A stretch of DNA of 64,000 bases from a virus (taxonomy: Duplodnaviria > Caudoviricetes). The stretch spans positions 4,799-68,798 of IMG/VR virus record IMGVR_UViG_3300025918_000012, one strand, 5' to 3'. How positions within the stretch are numbered: the first letter of the stretch is position 1; the number at the start of each line of letters is the position of its first letter. Below, piece after piece: positions 1-10,523 of the stretch. The position numbers and the translations under genes are program-made. The notes under the pieces were generated by a model. The model ran no database searches. It was not told where the DNA came from and worked only from the letters and a program-made list of their open reading frames with translations.

Positions 1-243
1 CTGCCCGGCGTCTCGCAGGTGTATTGGGTCAACATCAAGCGCCCGCCGCTCGGGGGAACCTCGGACTCCGACCTCAACGCGGTCCTCGATGACGAGGCCG
101 GGTCCTCCTCGAAGCTGGTCATCATCGACTGGAAGGGCCTCGTCGAGTCGCAGGGCATCACGCTCGACTCCGCGCAGCACATCCACCCGACGGCGGCGGG
201 CTATCGCAAGCGGGCCGAGTTGATCGCGAAGGCGATGTCCTGA
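1..243 (+). CDS. C-terminal end of SGNH/GDSL-like hydrolase domain protein (5' truncated by window)
   Basis: Open frame from base 1; VYWVN...VIIDW...[10 protein letters not shown] resembles SGNH block V (DxxHP). Confidence 0.6.
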   Translation: MPGVSQVYWVNIKRPPLGGTSDSDLNAVLDDEAGSSSKLVIIDWKGLVESQGITLDSAQHIHPTAAGYRKRAELIAKAMS

Positions 244-593
244 TGCTGCCGAACGAGCCGGAAGTCCTCCTCGCCCGCCAGTCGTTCTCCGATGCGCAGC
301 GGTCGCTCTCGGGTCTCGGCGAGCGCTTCGGCACCTACTACACGTGCGGCTGGTACGGCACGGAACTCAACGACGAGCGCGGCTGCTTCGCGCTGGTGGA
401 CGACACCGGCCCGCTGGCGGACCTGATCGGCGACCGGCTGCGGTTGCGCTACGACCAGCGCGCCGTGTTCGTCTACTGCTTCGGCTCCACCGAACTGCCG
501 CACGACGTCGCGATCACGCGCCGCGCGTTCGCGGCGCTGGCGTTGCTCTCGCTCGACGAGATCCGCCTGATCGTGGAGGTCGTCAGTGAGTAG
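243..593 (+). CDS. hypothetical, possible RlpA-like double-psi beta-barrel
   Basis: Coupled by TGATG. CGWYG...[15 protein letters not shown]...[12 protein letters not shown] echoes RlpA SWYG / IDLSxxAxxxL motifs. Confidence 0.4.
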   Translation: MLPNEPEVLLARQSFSDAQRSLSGLGERFGTYYTCGWYGTELNDERGCFALVDDTGPLADLIGDRLRLRYDQRAVFVYCFGSTELPHDVAITRRAFAALALLSLDEIRLIVEVVSE

Positions 594-3500
594 GCAGAAG
601 CTCGCGGCGGCCATCCGCGACCACGCTCGCGCGCAGGCAGAGCGGGTGCGGCCCGTGCAGCGCGCGCGGGTGCTGCGCGCGAAGCCGCTCAAGCTCGAAC
701 TGCTGTCCGGCGACGAGATCTTGGAGGAGGACGAGAACCTCGACGTCACGTCGTCGCTGAACACGTACATCGAGCGTGTCGGTCTCGACAAGGACGACAC
801 GGTGCTCGTGATCGGCGTCGATGGCGACTTCACAGCGTTCGACGTCATCGCCGAGGAGGTCCCCGGCGGCGGCGGGAACGGCAGCGGCGAGCCGGGGCCT
901 GTGGGTCCGATGGGTCCGCAGGGTCCGGCTGGTCCTGCTGGCCCCAACGGCGCGGACGGTGCGCCCGGCCCGGCGGGTTCGACCGGCGCGACGGGACCGA
1001 TGGGACCGGCCGGTCCTACGGGGCCTGCGTCTACGGTCCCCGGTCCGCAGGGGCCTGCTGGTCCGACCGGCCCGCAGGGCGTCAAGGGCGACACGGGCGC
1101 GACCGGCGCGGGCGGCGCGACCGGTCCGACGGGTCCTACGGGCGCGACCGGCTCGCAGGGTCCTACGGGGCCGCAGGGCATCCAGGGCATCCAGGGCATC
1201 CAGGGCGTGCCGGGGCTGATCCATCGCGGCGCGTGGGTCAGCGGCACCGCGTATCTCGCGAACGACGCGGTGACCTACGGCGGCTCCTTGTGGCGGTCGC
1301 TGACGTCGTTCACGAGCACGACCGCGCCGCCCAACGACGGTGCGAATTGGGCGGTGCTGGCGTCCAAGGGCGACACCGGGCCGATGGGACCGACCGGCTA
1401 CGACACGGCTCCCATCGGGATGCCGCTGCCGTGGTTCTCCTCGACGTTGCCGGACGGCTACGTGCTCGCGGACGGGCAGCCGTTGACGAGCACGACGTAC
1501 CCGCAGCTTGCCGCGTTCGCGCTGGCCGAGAAGAACGCCGGGAACACGGCTTGGACGCACTCCGGCGCGACGTTCACCGCGCCGGACATGCGCAACCGCT
1601 TCGTCTACGGCCGGGGCACGAAGGCGCTCGGCGCGACCGGCGGCGTGGAGCAGTACACGCTCAAGGCAGCGGAGGCGGCGCAGAAGGCGACCTCGACCAC
1701 CGCGAGCACCAGCGGCGTTGACTCCCCGGACCACTCCCACTCGAACACGAACGGAGCGTTCCTCAACGTCTCGGCGACCGTCTCGACGTTCCTGAACACG
1801 GTCAACAACGCGGGCTACGCCGTCTTCCACGCCCCCAACACCGCCGGGGCGAGCGTCCGCCATCAGCACTCGATCCCGGCCCTGAGCATCGCCGGATCGG
1901 ACGCCACGTCGCCGCACGAGAACATGCCGCCGTATGTGGTGATCGTCTGGATCATCAAGGCCAAGGGCGCGACGATGAGCGCGGACGTCATCACTGGTCC
2001 GCCCGGCCCGGTCGGCTACGACACCGCCCCCATCGGCGCGACGATCCCGTGGAGCCGCAAGACGCTTCCGAGCACCGGCGAGTGGGTGCTCGCGGACGGG
2101 GCGCGCTACTCGCAGACCACGTACCCGCAGGGCTACGCCGCAGCGATGGCCGAGGCCGACGCCGGGAACCCGCTGTGGACCTACCGCACGTCGGACCAGA
2201 CGTTCACGGTCCCCAACCTCACCGACCGCTTCATCTACGGGCGCGACCCGGCGAACATGGGCGGGACGGGCGGCTCCTCGACGATTGGCACCGCGCATCT
2301 CCCGCCGCACTCGCACACCGGCCCGTCGCACTCTCACGGCACGAACGTCGGCGGCACCGGCGGCTTCGTCACGGCCGCCTTGGGCGGTCCCGCCGGATGG
2401 GTCGTCCTCGGGTCCGGCGCGTCGCTGACGATCACGGACCCGACGAGCGGCGCGTCTCAGAGCACCGGCCTGAGCGGCACCGGCCCGACCGGCAACGGTC
2501 CCGGCACGTCGGCGCAGTTCTTGCCGCCCTACGTGGCGCTCGCGCAGATCGTGAAGATCAAGGGCGTCTCGATCTCCGGCGACGCGATTGTCGGCCCGGC
2601 GGGACCGGCGGGCATGGACGGCGGGCAGGCGTTCGTGGCTCCCATCGGCGACGGCTCGTCGCGGGCGTTCACGGTCACGCACAACCTCGGCTCCAAGGCG
2701 CTTCACACGACGGTCAGGCAGAGCGTCGCGCCGTACTCGGAGGTCACGGCCGAGGTCGAGTACGCCTCCCCGAACACGGTCGTGGTCCGCACGCGCGCGA
2801 CGGATCCGCCGCCGACCGTGGCGCAGTACGTCGTGACGGTCAGCGGCGCGGGCGGCGTCCTGACGTCGCAGAGCATCGAGGACTGGCATCAGGTCGGCAA
2901 CCCCGGTGAACCGGCCTTCGCAGGCACGTGGGTGAACCGGACGGCGGGCGACTACAAGGTCGCGTTCCGCAAGGACCCGCTCGGACGGGTGCATATTCGC
3001 GGCTACGCGGAGAACCCGAGCATGACGACGGGCGGCTCGGTCATCTTCACGCTGCCGGTGGGCTACCGCCCGCCCGCCGGAGGCGTCCATCGCTTCGCCA
3101 CATGGGTGCAGGGACCGGCGATCTCCTCCGGGCAGGTCTACGTCGATGGCGCTACCGGGACCGTGCAGTTCTACGGACCGGGCGGCACGCCGGTCTACGT
3201 GGACCTCGCCGTCGTCGAGTTCGACACCGACTCCGTGACGGCGCTCCCCGCCGGGCCGAAGGGCGTGGACGGCGGCGCGGCGTTCACGCAGACCATCGGC
3301 GACGGCGTGGCGCGCTCGTTCGTGGTCAACCACAACCTCGGCACCCGCTCGGTGCAGATCTCAGTGTTCGACGCGACCACCTTGCAGGACGTCACAGCGG
3401 GCGCGGAGATCGAGCGCACGAGCACGGTGTCGGTGACGGTCCGCACGAGCGCGGCGCTGCCGCCCCCGGCGTCCGGGCAGTACACGGTGGTCGTCTCCGC

Positions 3501-4506
3501 GCCGGGCGCGCAGAACCTCACCGATCAGACGATGGACACGTGGCACGCGGTCGGCGGTGTCGGGGAGCCTGCGTTCCAGAACTCGTGGGTGAACTTCGGT
3601 GCGCCGTACGCAGCGGCGGCGTTCCGCAAGGACCCGTTCGGCCGGGTGATGCTGCGCGGCTCGATCAAGAGCGGGACGATCAACCAGACCGCCTTCACGC
3701 TCCCGGCGGGGTACCGGCCCGTCGGCAACCAGCAGTTCTTCATCCCGCAGGGCACGCAGCAGGCGGGCGGCTACACCGGCGCGCTGGTAGAGATCACGCC
3801 CGCCGGGGCCGTCGGCATCTACATCACCGGCACGGCGACGAACGCCTACATCGACCTCGCGAGCGTCGAGTTCGACACCGACACGGTGACCAAGGCGCTC
3901 GCCGGGCCGAAGGGCGACAAGGGCGATCCCGGCTACCTGATCCCGGTCGTCACGAGCCTGCCGCCGACCCCCACGGACGGGCAGGAGTGCTGCTTCCTTG
4001 CCGACGCCGCGAACGGCGTGATCTGGCGTCTGCGCTACCGAGCCTTCCAGGCGGACGGGGTGACCCCCAACCCGTCTTCTTACAAGTGGGAGTGCATCGG
4101 CGGCAGCGCCCTTGCGGCGCAGATCACGACAGCGGAGGGCACCCTGAGTTCCATCGTCACGGACCTTGCGACGGTCGGCCCGAGCATCACGATCCCGCTC
4201 GCAGGCGAATACGAGTTCACGGGGGAGTCGATGATCGGCACGTCCGCCGTGGCGGGTGCCTTCGGCGACGCGATGATCGTCATGGGTCCGGTCGGCGGGC
4301 CGTTCAACGCGGCCGATGCAAGCGACTTCGGGCGTGGCATGGACCCGGCCTCGACCTCCGGTATCAACGCGCAGACCACGTTCCATCGCCGCCGGACGGT
4401 CGGGACGGCCGGGTGGCTGACCAAGCTGCAATACCGAGCTAACGGAACGTCGTCGGTCACGCATCAGAACCGGCGACTGACCGCGCTGCCGGTGAGGGTC
4501 GGCTGA
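586..4506 (+). CDS. XkdR/DUF2577-like spike N-domain fused to collagen repeats, two tail-collar domains and repeated fibre modules
   Basis: N-terminal PLKLELL...[10 protein letters not shown]; Gly-X-Y run; two P.G...LADG...Y..L...F..P...RF.YG collar motifs; two IGDG..R.F.V.HNLG and two W..VG..GEPAF..WVN..FRKDP.GRV repeats. Confidence 0.75.
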   Translation: MSRQKLAAAIRDHARAQAERVRPVQRARVLRAKPLKLELLSGDEILEEDENLDVTSSLNTYIERVGLDKDDTVLVIGVDGDFTAFDVIAEEVPGGGGNGSGEPGPVGPMGPQGPAGPAGPNGADGAPGPAGSTGATGPMGPAGPTGPASTVPGPQGPAGPTGPQGVKGDTGATGAGGATGPTGPTGATGSQGPTGPQGIQGIQGIQGVPGLIHRGAWVSGTAYLANDAVTYGGSLWRSLTSFTSTTAPPNDGANWAVLASKGDTGPMGPTGYDTAPIGMPLPWFSSTLPDGYVLADGQPLTSTTYPQLAAFALAEKNAGNTAWTHSGATFTAPDMRNRFVYGRGTKALGATGGVEQYTLKAAEAAQKATSTTASTSGVDSPDHSHSNTNGAFLNVSATVSTFLNTVNNAGYAVFHAPNTAGASVRHQHSIPALSIAGSDATSPHENMPPYVVIVWIIKAKGATMSADVITGPPGPVGYDTAPIGATIPWSRKTLPSTGEWVLADGARYSQTTYPQGYAAAMAEADAGNPLWTYRTSDQTFTVPNLTDRFIYGRDPANMGGTGGSSTIGTAHLPPHSHTGPSHSHGTNVGGTGGFVTAALGGPAGWVVLGSGASLTITDPTSGASQSTGLSGTGPTGNGPGTSAQFLPPYVALAQIVKIKGVSISGDAIVGPAGPAGMDGGQAFVAPIGDGSSRAFTVTHNLGSKALHTTVRQSVAPYSEVTAEVEYASPNTVVVRTRATDPPPTVAQYVVTVSGAGGVLTSQSIEDWHQVGNPGEPAFAGTWVNRTAGDYKVAFRKDPLGRVHIRGYAENPSMTTGGSVIFTLPVGYRPPAGGVHRFATWVQGPAISSGQVYVDGATGTVQFYGPGGTPVYVDLAVVEFDTDSVTALPAGPKGVDGGAAFTQTIGDGVARSFVVNHNLGTRSVQISVFDATTLQDVTAGAEIERTSTVSVTVRTSAALPPPASGQYTVVVSAPGAQNLTDQTMDTWHAVGGVGEPAFQNSWVNFGAPYAAAAFRKDPFGRVMLRGSIKSGTINQTAFTLPAGYRPVGNQQFFIPQGTQQAGGYTGALVEITPAGAVGIYITGTATNAYIDLASVEFDTDTVTKALAGPKGDKGDPGYLIPVVTSLPPTPTDGQECCFLADAANGVIWRLRYRAFQADGVTPNPSSYKWECIGGSALAAQITTAEGTLSSIVTDLATVGPSITIPLAGEYEFTGESMIGTSAVAGAFGDAMIVMGPVGGPFNAADASDFGRGMDPASTSGINAQTTFHRRRTVGTAGWLTKLQYRANGTSSVTHQNRRLTALPVRVG
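1174..1206 (+). repeat. 9-nt tandem repeat (CAGGGCATC)x3 + CAGGGC within collagen region
   Basis: Read directly; encodes [11 protein letters not shown]. Confidence 0.9.
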
Positions 4507-5066
4507 TGCCTCGCCCGCCGTTCTCCGACGTGCAGAACACGCCGATGGTCACGGCGCTTCCGGCCGGGGTTGCGGACGGAACAGAGGTCGATCTGATCGT
4601 GGATGACGCGGGCACGTACGGCGGCCCGTTGCTGTGGCGGTGCAAGTATCGGGCAGCCACGGCGGGCCTCTACAAGTGGCACGTCATCAGCGGCGGCGAG
4701 GTCTACATCGAGAACAGCTTCGAGGCGGCGTTGGCGCAGACCACCACGTACGCCACGGTCTCCGGCACGCCGACCACGCTCGTTGTCCCGTACGCGGGGG
4801 CCTACGACTGCATGATCGAGGGCTGGATGGCGTCCGCGACGAGCTACCAGTACCTCAGCTACACGGTGGGGACGGCGGCGGCGAACGACATCTGGGCCGC
4901 CATCGCCACGATCTCCGGCACGAGTTGGGGGGCGTTCATGCGCAAGCGGCGTCAGGTCATCACGGCCGCGAACCTCAGCATGGTCATCCAGGCGCGGACC
5001 GGCGCGGCGCAGACCAGCTACTACGGCCGACCGCGCTTGTCGGCCCGCCCGGTGAGGATCGGCTGA
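4506..5066 (+). CDS. tail fibre-associated protein, paralog of the 586-4506 C-terminal domain
   Basis: VTALP...LWRCKYR...YKW...GG...PYAGAYD...LSARPVRIG matches the fibre C-terminus; TGATG coupling. Confidence 0.65.
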   Translation: MPRPPFSDVQNTPMVTALPAGVADGTEVDLIVDDAGTYGGPLLWRCKYRAATAGLYKWHVISGGEVYIENSFEAALAQTTTYATVSGTPTTLVVPYAGAYDCMIEGWMASATSYQYLSYTVGTAAANDIWAAIATISGTSWGAFMRKRRQVITAANLSMVIQARTGAAQTSYYGRPRLSARPVRIG

Positions 5067-5539
5067 TGCCGCGCAAGACGATCTCCGACAGCTACATGCC
5101 GGGGACGATCATCGACGTCCGGCGCATCGACGGCTTGGAGGGCACCTACATCAACCTCACCGTCGGCGCGTGGGTCAACCAGACGATCCACAGCGACGGG
5201 CGGCTGATGGCGCTCTCGTACACGCCACCGGTCGATTGCTGGTGGGAGTTGGATGCGGTCGGCTACCTCACCTGCGGCACGGCCGCGTACACCTACACGC
5301 AGTCCGACATCCTCCTCACGCCCGCCGACGCCGACGGCTTCTCGACCATGCAGGAGATCATGTCGGGGCAGTACAACGGCGTCGTCACGTACTACTCGCC
5401 GAAGGTCCACCGGTTGTTCAAGCTCACCGCCGGGGTGGCCTACACGGCGCAGTTCCGCCACTTCCTACAGGCGTCCTCGATGACGGCCTACCGGGGCGGC
5501 ACGTACACGTGGATGCTCGCCAAGGCGATTGTCCGGTGA
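5066..5539 (+). CDS. putative minor tail/receptor-binding protein
   Basis: ATG at 5066 overlapping the previous stop; beta-rich aromatic sequence in the tail operon. Confidence 0.5.
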   Translation: MPRKTISDSYMPGTIIDVRRIDGLEGTYINLTVGAWVNQTIHSDGRLMALSYTPPVDCWWELDAVGYLTCGTAAYTYTQSDILLTPADADGFSTMQEIMSGQYNGVVTYYSPKVHRLFKLTAGVAYTAQFRHFLQASSMTAYRGGTYTWMLAKAIVR

Positions 5540-5577
5540 CTCCGATCCGGTGATGACCGCGCGGGCACCGATCATGG

Positions 5578-6108
5578 ATGGGCATGGCTGACGACTTCGA
5601 CCGCGCCTTCCAGCTTCTTCCGCCCGACGACGAGTTGACGCTCGACGACGACCTCGAAGCGGCCCGGCAGGCGATGGAGGGCGACTTCGGTCCCGACGAC
5701 GAGCCGGGTCCTCGGCCGTTCGGGCGCGGGTGGGCGTTCGACTTCGCGACCAACCAGTTCCGGCGCGGCGGCGCGGCCCCGCTGGAAGTGCGCGGCCTCG
5801 ACCAGTTGCGCATGTGGATCGAGACGACGCTGCGGACCGCGCGGCTCGCGCATCCGATCTTCTCGGAGGACTACGGCACCGACCAGCCGTTCGAGGCCAT
5901 CGGGCAGGTCTTCACGCCCGGTCTCGCGGGTCGCTACAGCCGGGCGATCACCGAGGCGCTGGTCGCGCACGACCGCATCACCGACGTCAAGGACTTCAAC
6001 TTCACCGGCAGCCCGACGTCGGCGGTGCTGTTCGTGGACTTCACCGTCGTCACCGACGAGGCCGAGGAGCTTCCGATCACCGATCTGCCCGCCGGGAGGC
6101 CGTTCTGA
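5578..6108 (+). CDS. baseplate wedge protein, XkdS/DUF2634 (gp25-like)
   Basis: WAFDF....F...GLDQLRMWIETTLRT.R..H.IFS.DYG...I.EAL..HDRI..V..F; sits before baseplate J. Confidence 0.8.
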   Translation: MGMADDFDRAFQLLPPDDELTLDDDLEAARQAMEGDFGPDDEPGPRPFGRGWAFDFATNQFRRGGAAPLEVRGLDQLRMWIETTLRTARLAHPIFSEDYGTDQPFEAIGQVFTPGLAGRYSRAITEALVAHDRITDVKDFNFTGSPTSAVLFVDFTVVTDEAEELPITDLPAGRPF

Positions 6109-7586
6109 TGGCCGAACTGCTCGACTACCTCCCGCTCTTTCAGGAGGACGCCACGTCGATCCGCGCGCGGCTGGACGCGGACGTCAACGCGGGCCTGACG
6201 AGCGACGATCTGCGGTGGATCGACACCCGCGAGGGCACGTTCTATTGGGTCGTCACGCAGCCCGTCGTGATCGAACTCGCGCGGCTGTGGGACGCCCTCT
6301 CCTTGGAGGTTCCGGCGAGCGCGTTCCCGCTGTTCGCGTGGGGCGACTACCTCGACCGGCACGCCGAGGTCTTCGGCCTCGTGCGCAAGGATCCGGTGGC
6401 GGCCGGGGGCGAGGTCGTGTTCACCGGCGATCCCGGCACGCTGGTTGCGACCGGCACCACCGTGTCCTCGGATCCGGCGACCGAGGACGACGAGGGGCAG
6501 GAGTTCCTGACGACCGTCTCCGGCGTGATCGGCGACCGGCTGCTTACGCCCTCCGCTCCCTCGGCGACGCCCTCCGGCACCGGCGGCACGCTCCCGGCGG
6601 GCACGCACTACTACCGCGTGACGGCCGTCAACGAGTTCGGCGAGACGGTCGGCTCCCCGGAGAACAGCGCCGTCACGACGGGCACGACGAGCAAGGTCAC
6701 GCTCGACTGGCCGGACGTTCCGGGCGCGACCGGCTACCGGGTGTACCGCTCCGACGTCTCTGGGCAGGACGGCGTGCGGCTCTACGACGCGGCGGCGAGC
6801 ACCTTCATCGACACCGGCCTGACGAGCGGCATCGTCGGCCCGCCGAGCGTCGATTCGAGCGGCGGCGTGTCGCTGCTCGTGGAGGCGACCGAGGAGGGCG
6901 AGGACGGCAACGTCGGCGCGCTCGCGATCACGAACCTCGACTCCCCGAACCCCGGCATCGACGCGGTTTACAACCCGACCGAGATGTCCGGCGGCACCGA
7001 GGAGGAGACCGACGAGGAGCTTCGCCAGCGGATCCTGTTCGAGTTCGAGGGTCAGGGCGCGGGCACCGAGAACGACTACAAGCGGTGGGCACTCGCGGTG
7101 CCGGGCGTGGGCCGCGTGTTCGTCAACCCGGTGTGGCAGGGACCCGGCACCGTTCAGATCGTGGTGATGACCCGCACCGGCGACGCGGTGGCCCCGAGTG
7201 TCGTCGATGCTGTGCAGGCGGCGCTGGACCCGATCCCCGGTCAGGCGAAGGGGCAGGCACCCCCCGGCGTCACGATCACCGTCGAGACCCCGGCCGTGGT
7301 CCCGGTCAACGTGACCGCGACCGTGGCGTTCGCGTCCGGCTACTCGCTCGACGGGGTGGGCGGCAGCATCGCGCTGCGCGAGCAGATCGAGGACAGCATC
7401 CGCCAGTACATCGACGCGCTCGACGTCGGCGAGGACGTCGTGTACGAGCACGTGAAGGCGCAGTTCTTCCGGGTGGAGGGCGTCTACAACATCTCGGGCG
7501 TCTCCGTGAACGGCGGAACGAGCAACGTCGCCGTCGCGGACGATCCGGCGCAGACCGCGCAGTTCGGCACCGTGACGCTCTCCTGA
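6108..7586 (+). CDS. baseplate J/gp47 (XkdT-like) with FN3/Ig-like insertion
   Basis: YLDRHA...R..P..A.G.V.FTG; GG.EEETDEELR.R; AGT..DY..WA..VPGV...V; insert HYYRVTAVN..GET...W..VPGATGYRVYR. Confidence 0.9.
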   Translation: MAELLDYLPLFQEDATSIRARLDADVNAGLTSDDLRWIDTREGTFYWVVTQPVVIELARLWDALSLEVPASAFPLFAWGDYLDRHAEVFGLVRKDPVAAGGEVVFTGDPGTLVATGTTVSSDPATEDDEGQEFLTTVSGVIGDRLLTPSAPSATPSGTGGTLPAGTHYYRVTAVNEFGETVGSPENSAVTTGTTSKVTLDWPDVPGATGYRVYRSDVSGQDGVRLYDAAASTFIDTGLTSGIVGPPSVDSSGGVSLLVEATEEGEDGNVGALAITNLDSPNPGIDAVYNPTEMSGGTEEETDEELRQRILFEFEGQGAGTENDYKRWALAVPGVGRVFVNPVWQGPGTVQIVVMTRTGDAVAPSVVDAVQAALDPIPGQAKGQAPPGVTITVETPAVVPVNVTATVAFASGYSLDGVGGSIALREQIEDSIRQYIDALDVGEDVVYEHVKAQFFRVEGVYNISGVSVNGGTSNVAVADDPAQTAQFGTVTLS

Positions 7587-7587
7587 G

Positions 7588-8133
7588 ATGCCCGCCGAGC
7601 TTCACGACCGCACGGTGCAGATCCTCGGCGATCTCCCGCCCTTCCTCGCGGACTCCTACGACATTCAGGGCGCGCTCGACGCGATGGTCCGCGAAGTCGT
7701 GCGCATCGAGGAGGCGACGGCGACGGTCCGCGACAACTTCGTGCCGCAGACCGCCAACGACTACCTGCACCTGTTCGAGGCGCTGCTCAAGCTGCCGGTC
7801 GATCCGAGCGACAAGACGTTGGAGCAGCGGCGCAACAGCGTGCTGGCGTTCATGCAGAACATCAGCGCGTCCGGCTCGGGCCTCAGTTGGGAGGACGGCA
7901 TGGTGCGGCTGCTCGGCGGCGGCTGGACCTACGCGGAGCACGACCCGAGCGACCCGTCCTCGCCGGACCCGAACGTCATCCGCATCAGCCTCCCGTTCGA
8001 CGCCGACACCCCGCAGGCCAACGAGGCGCGCCGCCTCGCGCGCAAGATCACCCCGGCCCACATCGACCTCGTGTACGACTACGGCGGCGGCTTCATCGTC
8101 GGCTACTCGGGCCTCGGGCAGGACGCCATGTAG
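7588..8133 (+). CDS. baseplate/tail protein XkdU/YmfQ (DUF2313)-like
   Basis: F.PQTA..YL.LFE..L.LP.....TLEQRR; ...ITPAHI; follows gpJ. Confidence 0.75.
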   Translation: MPAELHDRTVQILGDLPPFLADSYDIQGALDAMVREVVRIEEATATVRDNFVPQTANDYLHLFEALLKLPVDPSDKTLEQRRNSVLAFMQNISASGSGLSWEDGMVRLLGGGWTYAEHDPSDPSSPDPNVIRISLPFDADTPQANEARRLARKITPAHIDLVYDYGGGFIVGYSGLGQDAM

Positions 8134-8182
8134 CCCGAGTCGATGTGGCCCCTTCCCTCCGAGCCGCGACACTTCGGATCGG

Positions 8183-9931
8183 ATGGGGAAGCATCGCGAC
8201 CTCGATACCGGCAACGCCCTGCCCGCCTCGTGGACCGATGCGTTGCAGGAGTACATCTCCTCCTACGCGACGGCGTTCCAGATCACGCGGGTGGGCACGC
8301 CGTTCACGTCTCTGCGCCTCCCGGCGTCGGCGGGCGACGGTCTCAAGGGCCTCGGGTTCGGCGGCCCGTGGCGCTACAACACCGCCAACGCGGACGCGGC
8401 CATGCCCGGCGGCAGCGCGCCCGGCAGCTACGACGTCCTCGCCGTCGCGAGCGCCAACGACTTCGCGAACGCGCCGACACCGGGCGTCGCGGACCTCGAC
8501 AACACCGACTACACGTTCGGGCTGCGCATCGTCGCGACCGGCGGATCCGCGTCCGGCACCCACAACGGCAAGGCCATCGCGCTACAGCGCAAGATCGCGA
8601 CGTGCGCGTGGAACGGCACCGACATCACCGACGTCTACCCGCTCGTCGGAGGGTTCCCGCACCCGGCGACCATCGGCGCGGCGACGCAGGCGGCGCTGGA
8701 CTCCGAGACGTCGGCCCGCGTCAATGCTGACGTCAACCTCCCGACGACGGGACAGAAGGCCGCGCTCGCGGGCACCACGGGCGCGCCGGGCGACAGCAAC
8801 CGCTACGTCACGAGCACGGACCCGCGCTTCGAGGGCGGCACGCTCGCGCCGGGCTTCGTGCAGACCATCGGCAACGGCAGCGCCCGGAGCATCGACGTCC
8901 AGCACAACTTCGGCTCCGCGAACGTCCTGCCGATCCTGCGCGTGGTCGCGACCGGCGAGGTCGTCCAGACCGAGACGATCATCTTGGACGGCAACACCGT
9001 CCGCTTCGTATTCGATCAGCCTCCGGCTTCCGCGTCGATCATCGCGATGATCCTCGGCGGTGGCGCGGATCCGCCGCCGCCGGTCGGCGCGTACACCCTC
9101 ACCGTCGGCGACGGAGCGACGTCCGGGCCGTTCACCGTCTCGCACGGTCTCAGCACCCGCGACGTGGTGGTGGAGGCGTACGTCAACGCGCCGCCGTACG
9201 ACACGGTGCAGGTCGATCACGAGCGCACCGACGTCAACACCGTGACGATCCGCACGCCGGGCGTGGTGCCGCCGACGAACGGGCTGCGCGTGATCGTGAT
9301 GTCGCGCGGCGGGGTGCAGGGCGCGGCCTCGCAGCACGCTGCGCAGCACGAAGCGACCGGCAACGATCCCGTCGGCGGCGTGCTCCCCGTCGGCTCGTCG
9401 GCTGAGTGGAGCGGCGACGCGGATCCCGTCGGCGGGAAGTGGATGATCGAGGACGGCCGCACGCTGAACGCGGTCGCCGACGCCACGCTGATGCCGCTCT
9501 TTACCGCCATCGGTACGAAGTACGGCGGCACGGGGGCGAGCGCGTTCAACCTGCCGGACTCGCAGGGCCGCATCACGGTCGCCAAGGGCACCCACGCCGA
9601 GGTCAACGCCATCGGCAAGAGCGACGCTCTCGCGGTCGGCTCGCGCAAGATCAAGCATCAGCACGGCCTCGGCACGCTGGCCTCCTCGACGAACGTCACC
9701 GGCGCGCACCGGCACGCCCTCACGCTGCGCGGCAACCAGGGTCCCGGCGCGTCGCAGTTCATCCAGTACACGAACCTGACACAGGTCATCTCGACGGTCT
9801 ACGACCCCGACAACCCGCTCGCCGGGGACCACAACCACGTCGTCACGCACTCCGGCGCAGTCGGGGACACCGCCGGGCCGACGGACGGTCCCGCGTACAT
9901 CGTGAAGAACAAGATCATCCGGGTGCGCTGA
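8183..9931 (+). CDS. tail fibre protein with C-terminal tail-collar domain
   Basis: Starts MGKHRDLDTG; two IG(N/D)G...V.H..G modules; PVGS..EW......W...DGR.L......LF.AIGT.YGG...FNLPD collar. Confidence 0.75.
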   Translation: MGKHRDLDTGNALPASWTDALQEYISSYATAFQITRVGTPFTSLRLPASAGDGLKGLGFGGPWRYNTANADAAMPGGSAPGSYDVLAVASANDFANAPTPGVADLDNTDYTFGLRIVATGGSASGTHNGKAIALQRKIATCAWNGTDITDVYPLVGGFPHPATIGAATQAALDSETSARVNADVNLPTTGQKAALAGTTGAPGDSNRYVTSTDPRFEGGTLAPGFVQTIGNGSARSIDVQHNFGSANVLPILRVVATGEVVQTETIILDGNTVRFVFDQPPASASIIAMILGGGADPPPPVGAYTLTVGDGATSGPFTVSHGLSTRDVVVEAYVNAPPYDTVQVDHERTDVNTVTIRTPGVVPPTNGLRVIVMSRGGVQGAASQHAAQHEATGNDPVGGVLPVGSSAEWSGDADPVGGKWMIEDGRTLNAVADATLMPLFTAIGTKYGGTGASAFNLPDSQGRITVAKGTHAEVNAIGKSDALAVGSRKIKHQHGLGTLASSTNVTGAHRHALTLRGNQGPGASQFIQYTNLTQVISTVYDPDNPLAGDHNHVVTHSGAVGDTAGPTDGPAYIVKNKIIRVR

Positions 9932-9932
9932 C

Positions 9933-10523
9933 ATGGGTGCTCGCTTCCTCCGTGGCCCCAAGACCCCGATCCTCACGGCCCTCCCGACGGACCCGACGGA
10001 GGGGCAGGAGATCCGGTTCCTCGCCGACACGGCGAACGGGGTCGTGTGGCACCTGCGCTACCGGGGGTTCAACCCTGACGGGACACCGAACGCGAGCAGC
10101 TACAAGTGGGAGTTCGTCGGCGGCAGCGCCCTGTCCTCCTACATCCCGACCGCCGAAGGGACAAGCAGCACCATCGCTGTTGATCTCGCGACCGTCGGGC
10201 CGTCACTCGCGCTGCCGCTCGCGGGCGACTACGACTTCACCGGGGAAGCCATGATCGGCACCACGGCGGTCGCGGGCGTCTACGGCGATGCCGTCTTGGT
10301 CGCCGGACCGGTCGCCGGACCCTTCAACGCTCTCGATGCCTCTGACTTCGGACGGTCGATGGACCCCGCTTCTACCTCGGGAATCAACGCCATGTCTCCG
10401 TTCTCTCGCCGCAGAACGATTGCGACGGCCGGGTGGCTCGCGAAGTTGCAGTACCGGTCGGGTGGCACAGCCGTCACGTGGCAGTCGCGGCGGCTAACAG
10501 CGCGACCGGTGAGGGTGGGCTGA
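9933..10523 (+). CDS. stand-alone paralog of the 586-4506 C-terminal domain
   Basis: Colinear and highly similar to the last ~190 aa of the 586-4506 protein, ending PVRVG. Confidence 0.75.
   Translation: MGARFLRGPKTPILTALPTDPTEGQEIRFLADTANGVVWHLRYRGFNPDGTPNASSYKWEFVGGSALSSYIPTAEGTSSTIAVDLATVGPSLALPLAGDYDFTGEAMIGTTAVAGVYGDAVLVAGPVAGPFNALDASDFGRSMDPASTSGINAMSPFSRRRTIATAGWLAKLQYRSGGTAVTWQSRRLTARPVRVG

Noticed and set aside
880-1210. Nucleotide tandem repeats as a non-coding repeat element
   Set aside because: Fully explained by Gly-X-Y collagen coding.
583-3333. Long antisense and alternate-frame ORFs in the track (e.g. 583-3333-, 46598-48685-, 55177-57096-, 58065-60362-)
   Set aside because: Arg/Ala/Gly-rich shadows expected in high-GC DNA opposite well-supported genes; no motifs or RBS.
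3950-10523. Possible diversity-generating retroelement (TR/VR pair) from the duplicated fibre C-termini
   Set aside because: Differences are mostly synonymous, involve all bases rather than only adenines, both copies are coding, and no reverse transcriptase is in the window.
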